A stretch of DNA of 12,071 nucleotides from a virus. Below, in pieces: positions 6,568 through 12,036 of the stretch. Within the stretch, counting starts at the first letter, position 1. Each line of letters starts with the position of its first letter. The position numbers and the translations under genes were made by a program. Below the pieces are notes generated by a model that did not search any database, was not told where the DNA came from, and saw only the letters and a program-made list of their open reading frames with translations. Location: the UHGV virus genome UHGV-0371921. One strand, given 5' to 3'.

Positions 6568-6595
6568 TTGACATTCTTGCCTATCCTGATAAAAT
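6568..6595 (+). promoter_or_regulatory. sigma70-like promoter TTGACA-N16-TAAAAT reading into the ORF-free zone
   Basis: TTGACA 6568-6573, 16 nt spacer, TAAAAT 6590-6595; no ORF with a ribosome binding site follows. Confidence 0.45.
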
Positions 6596-7119
6596 TAAGT
6601 TCTTCTCTTTTCTTTTACCGAGTAATTCGGGTTTTCTGTTCTCTTCGGTTTGAAGGGGTATGGAGATACACCTGAGTGAACAGGGTGAACAACCGAACCA
6701 TTGGCTATGGCATTAGCATGGCGAAGCGGACGGGTGACGAAAGAGGGGCCGGAGGACACCAGTCACTGCCATATGATATATGGGTGATAACCTGAAGAGT
6801 CTGAATAAGTGTTTAAGTACCAGTCAGAGGAAAAGGTGAATGGTAGCCGAAGGGGAGGGGGGTTTCTTGTATCTTTAATTTGTATATTATGTATACACTT
6901 GTAAACCAATCTCATCTGAATCTGTTTACCACACAAAGCGAATAGAGACAAATATTACCTATTAAACTTGAATTATTTATAGAAAATACCGCAACACCAC
7001 TTAAGTCTTTGATTTTACACACAAATCCTACAGATATTCAGCCTCCCTATTTAACATACCTGTAACATATTCCATACTCTACCTGCCTGATCAATTTACC
7101 CAACTACATCCCCATATTT

Positions 7120-7350
7120 TCCCTGTCTGTACTACCCCTGCCCCGCCGGGAGTCCCGTCATATCTGGCTTTCCAGCAAATATCACACCCACAAATATCAT
7201 TGCCTGAAGAGGGTTTCATCCCATAATACATACCTTGCCTGAAGATCGCTTCATACACCACGTAAATTTTTTAATTGACCTGCAATTTCTCCTCAGATAT
7301 CCCCCTGTCCCGCCGGAGAGGTTGTCTTTTCCCACACAGACCTGAAGAGT
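7120..7350. repeat. degenerate ~175 bp duplication carrying CCCTG(C/T)CCCGCCGG and CCTGAAGAG motifs
   Basis: CCCTGCCCCGCCGGGAG at 7134-7150 versus CCCTGTCCCGCCGGAG at 7302-7317; CCTGAAGAG at 7203-7211 and 7341-7349 (also CCTGAAGAT at 7238-7246). Confidence 0.5.
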
Positions 7351-7544
7351 CAGTCAGAAATATCTGAATGGGCCCAGTTCTGCCCTGTCATGAGCGGTAG
7401 CGACTGGAGTGCTGCCAGGCGGACGGAATGGGAATACTTCTCATTCTTATAATAATTCTCAAATATCGAGGCAGTGAGGCAAATTAATAGGTGAGGCCGT
7501 TCACACAGTGGCACAACATTTGCAATCTATTTTGTGAGGGTGAA

Positions 7545-7579
7545 TGAGAATACCTATCATTGTGAGAATCTTTATCATT
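7545..7579. repeat. imperfect tandem repeat TGAGAAT(ACC/CTT)TATCATT x2
   Basis: Copies at 7545-7561 and 7563-7579, 14 of 17 positions identical. Confidence 0.5.
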
Positions 7580-7933
7580 ACGGGCAATTTAACATAATAC
7601 CCATTATGCGCACCACTGGCGATACATACAGGGATTGATAACATAGGTTACTGTTTACGCACATAACAATTATATTTCTTATTATTTGTGGGGGGATATA
7701 GTTAGCAGCCAATAGATTAGATATTGACCTGCAGACTTCTGACCGTCCAGACGTCTAAACGCCCACACAACAAGGATTATACATACAACACTGAATGTAA
7801 ACAGGGCCGCAAAAATGCTACCATACAAGCTTGTAAATTTTTCATGCAGCACTTGACAAAGAGGAGAAAAACTTGTCTGACATAATATGACACTTTAAGC
7901 ACATTAAACACACTGAACATAATTGACATGCAT

Positions 7934-8038
7934 GACTGTTTACGCTGTCACTATTCACGCTATTACTATTCGCTCGCTTACTGTTCATGACCTTTACTGT
8001 TTACATTCCCAATAGTTTACATAGCTTACTGTTAACGT
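7934..8038. repeat. iteron-like cluster of ACTGTTTAC / TTACTGTT direct repeats
   Basis: Exact ACTGTTTAC at 7935-7943 and 7996-8004 (also 7650-7658 and 8472-8480 outside the cluster); variants TTACTGTTCA 7978-7987, TAGTTTACA 8013-8021, TTACTGTTAAC 8026-8036; all in one orientation. Confidence 0.6.
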
Positions 8039-8064
8039 ATAGATTATTTACTCAAAAATGATAA

Positions 8065-8084
8065 GCCATGCCATTCGTTTGCAT
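8065..8084. repeat. 20 bp direct repeat GCCATGCCATTCGTTTGCAT, left copy
   Basis: Identical 20-mer recurs at 8296-8315. Confidence 0.8.
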
Positions 8085-8130
8085 GACAATAATTATACAT
8101 GACAATAATCGCACTGATTATAATTAGCAT

Positions 8131-8282
8131 GACATAATATAAAAGCAGGGCAACTATTAGCAGATCTATAGTTGCCTTGCTTGTTATGTCATGATTAACT
8201 GAATACAAGGCAACTATGATCTGATTAATAGATTGCAGACAAACTATCACGGGGGTGATGGTTACTGCTTTTATATTATGTC
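8131..8282. repeat. 16 bp inverted repeat pair GACATAATATAAAAGC (8131-8146) / GCTTTTATATTATGTC (8267-8282) enclosing the palindrome
   Basis: Exact reverse complements. Confidence 0.75.
8149..8176. repeat. 28 bp palindrome GGCAACTAT-N10-ATAGTTGCC (candidate protein-binding site)
   Basis: 9 bp arms are exact reverse complements; further GGCAACTAT copies at 8209-8217 (direct) and 8314-8322 (inverted); 12-mer CAAGGCAACTAT is shared by the arm at 8168-8179 and the copy at 8206-8217. Confidence 0.75.
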
Positions 8283-8295
8283 GCGACTCCGTCGC

Positions 8296-8315
8296 GCCAT
8301 GCCATTCGTTTGCAT
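8296..8315. repeat. 20 bp direct repeat GCCATGCCATTCGTTTGCAT, right copy
   Basis: Identical to 8065-8084; preceded by small hairpin CGCGAC-TCC-GTCGCG (8282-8296). Confidence 0.8.
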
Positions 8316-8929
8316 AGTTGCCTTATTGTTACAGATAGAATAATTGTATTGTTAATTATTTCTTATCTTTCTATTAGTCATCTAATGATTCCAGTTAGTA
8401 TAGTAACGTACAGTAAACATTAGACGACTAAAGATTTCTCTGCTTATGGTAACCTAACGTGACAATTCCAGACTGTTTACGAAAAATGTTGACACTTGGG
8501 CCGATTTATGTTATGCAGTTTACACGAATAATTATTTTATGCAGGTATTGACTATTCCGTTATTCTATGGTTGGAATAAATGCTTAGCAGGCTATAGAAT
8601 GGCGAGCGTACGTAAATTCTGAGATCTGGCGGCTATAGTTATACTCGATTTTTCACGTAGAAAACGCTTTTGTAGTTATGTAAGTGTATGACTTATAAGA
8701 ATTTTTAGTTGTTGACAAGCTATTGAAGATATGCATCAGGTTAAATTTTGTGCAAATGCTGCATTACGTGCAATTTTGGAAGGAAAAACGTGTAAAAATG
8801 GCCCTGCTACCACACAATGAAAAATTATGCAATAGTTATTTTATATGTATGTTTGTACAGTGGGGTTAATTGCTGGCTTGTTGATTATTCCATTTGCCAG
8901 GCGGGGCCATTTGTGGTAGGAAAAGAGGA

Positions 8930-8958
8930 GACAAAAGAAAGGGGCTTTAAGCCCCTGA
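8930..8958 (-). terminator. intrinsic terminator of the leftward gene block (minus RNA: AGGGGCU-UAA-AGCCCCU then UUUCUUUUGUC)
   Basis: 7 bp stem plus U tract on the minus strand, just downstream of the last minus-strand stop codons (8976 / 8987). Confidence 0.7.
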
Positions 8959-8975
8959 CCGTGCACCTTGTTGTA

Positions 8976-9110
8976 TTATTTGTTGCTCATCCAGTTTTCC
9001 CAAGCTGCCTGATAATCTGCCTCACTACGGCGGATCTCTTCTTGCTCTTCAAGGCGGATCTCTTCTTCCAGGTACCCCAAGATGTCAGCCTTTTTGGTCT
9101 GGCGTAACAT
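8976..9110 (-). CDS. alternative -1 frame ORF (44 aa, MLRQTKKADILGYLEEEIRLEEQEEIRRSEADYQAAWENWMSNK), possibly the true C-terminal part of the 9238 gene
   Basis: Protein-like acidic sequence with EEEIR repeat; no strong SD of its own; fully overlapped by the track ORF in another frame. Confidence 0.3.
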   Translation of the reverse strand: MLRQTKKADILGYLEEEIRLEEQEEIRRSEADYQAAWENWMSNK

Positions 9111-9238
9111 CCAATCATCTTTTTACGAGTGAAGATCTTATAAGCTTTCTCGCAAACCTCTTTTTTGCTACCTTTCTGGACTTCAAGAATTCTGTAGGCC
9201 ATGTACTGAACTAATTTAAGCTGATCCAGACGTTTCAT
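8987..9238 (-). CDS. hypothetical protein; 3' half likely out of frame (see frameshift finding)
   Basis: ATG 9238 with AAAGAGGA 7 nt upstream; N-terminal 40 aa protein-like, but residues after about 40 are Lys/Arg/Ser/Trp-rich, typical of out-of-frame translation. Confidence 0.4.
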   Translation of the reverse strand: MKRLDQLKLVQYMAYRILEVQKGSKKEVCEKAYKIFTRKKMIGCYARPKRLTSWGTWKKRSALKSKKRSAVVRQIIRQLGKTG

Positions 9239-9315
9239 GATGTTTCCTCTTTATGTGGTTCGTTTTGATTAGTTGATAATACAGCAGTTCGCAGATCAGT
9301 CTTTAGCAATTCATG

Positions 9316-9534
9316 CTATTTACTCACAACGGTGTCGAAAACAAATTTTTCTTTATTGTCTAAACTCACGTATCCGATTCGACCACGCAAGCCGCAAGTA
9401 GTGCCGTACTCGTAACCATTAAGGCCTTTAACCTTCCAATCCGTACCCATTAAAACCGCATTATATTCCTGACCAACTACAAAAGCGCCCCCAGTCGATT
9501 CAATGCAAACAACTTTAATTTTACGGGTTGTCAT
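9316..9534 (-). CDS. hypothetical protein (72 aa)
   Basis: ATG 9534 with AAGAGAG upstream in a CCACACAAAGAGAG leader. Confidence 0.65.
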   Translation of the reverse strand: MTTRKIKVVCIESTGGAFVVGQEYNAVLMGTDWKVKGLNGYEYGTTCGLRGRIGYVSLDNKEKFVFDTVVSK

Positions 9535-9566
9535 TTTCTTTCTCTCTTTGTGTGGTTCTGATTAGT

Positions 9567-9580
9567 GGGCCTTTTGGCCC
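9567..9580 (-). other. GC-rich stem-loop in 5' leader (GGGCC-AAAA-GGCCC on minus RNA)
   Basis: Perfect 5 bp stem; lies between a candidate promoter and the SD of the 9316..9534 gene. Confidence 0.5.
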
Positions 9581-9588
9581 GTGTCATT

Positions 9589-9617
9589 ATCTTATTACTT
9601 ATGGCGGCAGAATTCAA
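9589..9617 (-). promoter_or_regulatory. candidate sigma70-like promoter TTGAAT-N17-TAAGAT (minus strand)
   Basis: Minus-strand -35 at 9617-9612 and -10 at 9594-9589; overlaps the 3' end of the upstream gene. Confidence 0.3.
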
Positions 9618-9867
9618 GTGTTTTTAATTGATAATCTTCCTCAGCCTGGAGTACGACCGCCTCGATCATTTCGTTGGCATTGTTAAAGCCATAACCTTTA
9701 GCGAACTCATCCGCGCCACCTTCGTGATCATGTTCTGCGTTCATCGCTTCCACAAAATGGAATTCCAAATTGTTGAGGTAGGGGCTTGATGTGCCGTCTT
9801 CTTTTTCGATGAGATCCCAAATAGCATTAAAACGTGATTCGACTTCTTGATTAATCCAGCTTGACAT
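9595..9867 (-). CDS. hypothetical acidic protein (90 aa)
   Basis: ATG 9867 with AGGAGAGAGG upstream. Confidence 0.65.
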   Translation of the reverse strand: MSSWINQEVESRFNAIWDLIEKEDGTSSPYLNNLEFHFVEAMNAEHDHEGGADEFAKGYGFNNANEMIEAVVLQAEEDYQLKTLEFCRHK

Positions 9868-9896
9868 AGTGTTTTCCTCTCTCCTGGTTATTGTGT

Positions 9897-9910
9897 GGGC
9901 ACTTTTGCCC
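9897..9910 (-). other. GC-rich stem-loop in 5' leader (GGGCA-AAAG-TGCCC on minus RNA)
   Basis: Directly downstream of the -10 of the 9922-9950 promoter and upstream of the SD. Confidence 0.5.
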
Positions 9911-9921
9911 CTTCAAGATAA

Positions 9922-9950
9922 ATGTTACCCCACCCCATGGCAGATGTCAA
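9922..9950 (-). promoter_or_regulatory. sigma70-like promoter TTGACA-N17-TAACAT (minus strand)
   Basis: Minus-strand TTGACA at 9950-9945, 17 nt spacer, TAACAT at 9927-9922; in a 210 bp intergenic gap. Confidence 0.45.
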
Positions 9951-10036
9951 CGGTTTTTATAGTTCTTATATGACAGGCAGGCCCGGTGATTGTCTCCACC
10001 CGTCGCCAGGTGCCTGCCGTGAAACAAGTATAACAA

Positions 10037-10064
10037 AAAACAGGACCATTGCAAGCCCTGTTTT
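10037..10064 (-). terminator. candidate intrinsic terminator (minus RNA: AAAACAGG...CCUGUUUU running into a U6 tract)
   Basis: Inverted repeat 10037-10044 / 10057-10064 with 12 nt loop; U tract on the minus strand; immediately after the stop of the 10079..10270 gene. Confidence 0.4.
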
Positions 10065-10078
10065 GTAGTTTATAAGGA

Positions 10079-10270
10079 TTATATTTTTTCGCCTATGTAG
10101 TCCGGTCGGTTTTTCTCTGTCATGCGCTTGAGCAATTCTTGCATGTTGCTTATGGCTTGCAGTGTATCCCCTTCCAGACTTGAATCAACATAATCAGGAT
10201 CGTCTATAACCTTTCTATGATTATGATAACGCAGTACCGCCAATACCTTTCTAACTTGTTCGATATTCAT
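10079..10270 (-). CDS. hypothetical protein (63 aa)
   Basis: ATG 10270; weak SD AAAGAGCG; protein-like sequence. Confidence 0.6.
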   Translation of the reverse strand: MNIEQVRKVLAVLRYHNHRKVIDDPDYVDSSLEGDTLQAISNMQELLKRMTEKNRPDYIGEKI

Positions 10271-10281
10271 TTTATCGCTCT

Positions 10282-10416
10282 TTAAAACAAGGTGCCAACC
10301 GTTCCCAATAGATCACTGACTACCAGGACAATACTGATTAGCACATACCTAACCATAAGGGGAAAGAGCGCCAGCGATCCAGCCACAATCCCCAAGGTGA
10401 TGATTATCTTTCTCAT
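10282..10416 (-). CDS. small hydrophobic protein (44 aa), two predicted transmembrane segments
   Basis: ATG 10416 lies 2 nt after the upstream stop (translational coupling); no clear SD; below track cutoff. Confidence 0.4.
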   Translation of the reverse strand: MRKIIITLGIVAGSLALFPLMVRYVLISIVLVVSDLLGTVGTLF

Positions 10417-10418
10417 GG

Positions 10419-10703
10419 TTAACGGTTTACGTAAGCTTTACCGTTTACGGTGATGGGCAGATCTTCCAGGTCTGGATCTTCCTTAAGGTCGCGAGCAAGC
10501 TCACCGCACCGGATACCCTCGAATCCGTAGTACTCTGTTGTGCCGTCATTAAAAGTTTTAGCGGCAAGGCATAAGCGATAAGTAACCCCGATTTGATTGA
10601 CGGCATGGATATCCGTTAGATTAACCTCTTTTGCCAGCTCTTTAGCCATTACAGGCGCATTAAGTCCAACAACCAGGGCAACTACTGCGATCATCTTTTT
10701 CAT
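10419..10703 (-). CDS. small secreted or periplasmic protein with N-terminal signal peptide (94 aa, two Cys)
   Basis: ATG 10703 with AAGAGG 9 nt upstream; MKKMIAVVALVVGLNAPVMA-KEL has positive n-region, hydrophobic core and AxA-like cleavage motif. Confidence 0.7.
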   Translation of the reverse strand: MKKMIAVVALVVGLNAPVMAKELAKEVNLTDIHAVNQIGVTYRLCLAAKTFNDGTTEYYGFEGIRCGELARDLKEDPDLEDLPITVNGKAYVNR

Positions 10704-10731
10704 TGTGTCTAGCCTCTTTCTGCTACGTTTA

Positions 10732-10749
10732 AGGCGGCGGTAACCGCCT
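10732..10749 (-). other. GC-rich stem-loop in 5' leader (AGGCGG / CCGCCT, 6 nt loop)
   Basis: Perfect 6 bp inverted repeat upstream of the SD of the signal-peptide gene. Confidence 0.45.
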
Positions 10750-10794
10750 GTTTATGATTTATTGGTTAATTTTCAGGTATCGCTATAAATTAAA

Positions 10795-11010
10795 CTATGC
10801 TGTACGCTCAACTATAACAACGGTTTGCGGGATCTCACCTTCCACCACTATCAAGGCCTTTTTCTGCGTGATGGATATCTTTACCCGTTGCAGCGTGGCG
10901 GTGAAGTCTTTCATTTCGTCACGTGGTGTTTTAGTGCAATGCCAGATCTCTGGCTTGCCGATCTGCAAGCCTCGCAAGAATTCCGTTTTACCTGTCTTAT
11001 TCGTGATCAT
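10795..11010 (-). CDS. hypothetical protein (71 aa from ATG 11010; track extends to ATG 11034)
   Basis: ATG 11010 has AAGGTG 6 nt upstream, whereas ATG 11034 has no SD; more protein-like than the two overlapping plus-strand ORFs. Confidence 0.5.
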   Translation of the reverse strand: MITNKTGKTEFLRGLQIGKPEIWHCTKTPRDEMKDFTATLQRVKISITQKKALIVVEGEIPQTVVIVERTA

Positions 11011-11020
11011 TTGATTCACC

Positions 11021-11125
11021 TTAACCGATACCATGGGAAGATAGGATCATGTTAGCCATAGTTGCAACCACTCCAACCGATAATGCCAGGCCAACTACTA
11101 CAACCGTGAAAATTTTATCTAACAT
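11021..11125 (-). CDS. small hydrophobic peptide (34 aa, MLDKIFTVVVVGLALSVGVVATMANMILSSHGIG)
   Basis: ATG 11125 with GAGGG about 7 nt upstream; single hydrophobic helix; below track cutoff. Confidence 0.35.
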   Translation of the reverse strand: MLDKIFTVVVVGLALSVGVVATMANMILSSHGIG

Positions 11126-11144
11126 GATTCTACCCTCATTAATG

Positions 11145-11161
11145 GCGGGAAGTATTCCCGC
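11145..11161 (-). other. stem-loop GCGGGAA-GTA-TTCCCGC (7 bp stem, 3 nt loop)
   Basis: Perfect palindrome just upstream of the SD of the 11021..11125 peptide. Confidence 0.45.
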
Positions 11162-11207
11162 GCTATGTAGTACACTTTACCAGATTGTTGACTGTTGTCA
11201 AACTATT

Positions 11208-11387
11208 TTAACGATAATCATCATATGCTTTATTGACCTGGCGAATATAACATTCAAAAGCTAGATCAATAGATTTATATTCACGGATATATTCACCATA
11301 GGAAACCACATACATTTCTATAGCTTCCTCATATGCGAGAAGAATAGAATCTAAGCCTACGATCTCAGTCTTTGCAATAATAGCCAT
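11208..11387 (-). CDS. hypothetical acidic protein (59 aa, MAIIAKTEIVGLDSILLAYEEAIEMYVVSYGEYIREYKSIDLAFECYIRQVNKAYDDYR)
   Basis: ATG 11387 with AAAGAGGA upstream in a CCACAAAGAGGA leader; shares the MAI start context with the 12036 gene; missing from track because below 60 aa. Confidence 0.5.
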   Translation of the reverse strand: MAIIAKTEIVGLDSILLAYEEAIEMYVVSYGEYIREYKSIDLAFECYIRQVNKAYDDYR

Positions 11388-11413
11388 GATTTTTTATCCT
11401 CTTTGTGGTTGGT

Positions 11414-11428
11414 GGGGCTTGTTGCCCC
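11414..11428 (-). other. GC-rich stem-loop in 5' leader (GGGGC-AACAA-GCCCC on minus RNA)
   Basis: Perfect 5 bp stem upstream of the SD of the 11208..11387 gene. Confidence 0.5.
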
Positions 11429-11463
11429 CTTTGATTTATATACTACAGTCTTATATGGTCATG

Positions 11464-11697
11464 TCAACTATTTTCAAAAAATTTTTCTGCTGTGATATTT
11501 TTCCCGGTAGGGTTCGCTACTTTCAAAATTTTATCATGCACTGGACGCCCAAAAGAATAAGATCCGTATACAGTAAACCAATAATCGCCGTCAGGTTGTA
11601 CTATTACCGCCGCATATGGTACGCCTTTTTCGTTTTTGCTGACAAAATAGATCACATTGCCATTAATAGCCTCAGCGCGTTTAATTTGTTCCATCAT
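11464..11697 (-). CDS. hypothetical protein (77 aa)
   Basis: ATG 11697 with AGAGAGG upstream. Confidence 0.6.
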   Translation of the reverse strand: MMEQIKRAEAINGNVIYFVSKNEKGVPYAAVIVQPDGDYWFTVYGSYSFGRPVHDKILKVANPTGKNITAEKFFENS

Positions 11698-11727
11698 GAT
11701 GATTTACCTCTCTTTATTTTCATAATT

Positions 11728-11744
11728 GGGGCCTTTTCGGCCCC
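11728..11744 (-). other. GC-rich stem-loop (GGGGCC-GAAAA-GGCCCC on minus RNA)
   Basis: Perfect 6 bp GC stem between the stop of the 11752 gene and the SD of the 11697 gene. Confidence 0.5.
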
Positions 11745-11751
11745 GCCAGGT

Positions 11752-12036
11752 TTATTTATTGATAGCGTGCAGCGGGAAAGGTACGCCAGGTTGATAGATA
11801 ACTTTTACAACCTCATCAGGGCAAAAGAAATTGCAGAATTCACCCTGATAAGCCTCATCCTCTTTCAATTCTTCATCAACATACTCAAAAAAGTAGTCGA
11901 TGCTTGGATAATCCTGGCCGGGATTATAGTCTACCATCGTTAATAACAATTCTTGATCATTCCGTAGGATATGCATACCCGCTTTTAAGTATTTTGCTTC
12001 CATTTCCACTACATCGCCAACGGTGACAATAGCCAT
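11752..12036 (-). CDS. hypothetical acidic protein (94 aa)
   Basis: ATG 12036 with AGGAG about 8 nt upstream; protein-like; the overlapping 185 aa plus-strand ORF looks like an antisense artefact. Confidence 0.65.
   Translation of the reverse strand: MAIVTVGDVVEMEAKYLKAGMHILRNDQELLLTMVDYNPGQDYPSIDYFFEYVDEELKEDEAYQGEFCNFFCPDEVVKVIYQPGVPFPLHAINK

Noticed and set aside
6763-6951. Minus-strand 62 aa ORF in the non-coding zone
   Set aside because: No SD, odd composition, sits in purine/pyrimidine-skewed repeat DNA.
6974-6981. T4-type late promoter consensus TATAAATA on the minus strand
   Set aside because: Single occurrence in AT-rich DNA with no gene downstream; other minus-strand genes do not show it systematically (only a TATAAATC at 11433-11440), so not enough to call a late-promoter system.
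8044-8250. Minus-strand 68 aa ORF
   Set aside because: Runs straight through the 20 bp direct repeat, the 16 bp inverted repeat and the 28 bp palindrome; AT-rich isoleucine/leucine-rich translation; no SD.
7900-8400. Possible CRISPR array suggested by the many short repeats
   Set aside because: Repeats are of several different families, in both orientations, with irregular spacing (16 to 231 bp); no regular repeat-spacer periodicity and no cas gene.
8817-9107. Plus-strand 96 aa ORF
   Set aside because: Overlaps the minus-strand terminator hairpin (8930-8958) and the 3' end of the leftward gene; hydrophobic filler composition; no SD.
9375-9387. tRNA T-loop-like GGTCGAATC on the minus strand
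   Set aside because: Lies inside a well-supported CDS, with no flanking acceptor or anticodon stem complementarity; no other tRNA-like GTTCRANYC context found in the window.
10754-11264. Three plus-strand track ORFs (10754-11014, 10825-11055, 11049-11264)
   Set aside because: Antisense to minus-strand genes that have SD sites and fit the operon; no SD; Cys/Trp/His-rich products.
11728-11744. GC-rich hairpins before minus-strand genes read as intrinsic terminators
   Set aside because: On the coding (minus) strand they are followed by A-rich leader and SD rather than a U tract; only the 8930-8958 hairpin has a proper U tract, so the others are annotated as leader stem-loops.
11386-11943. Longest ORF in the window (185 aa, plus strand)
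   Set aside because: Antisense to two well-signalled minus-strand genes; product is Trp/Cys/Phe/Tyr-rich and low-complexity with no SD; typical shadow ORF.
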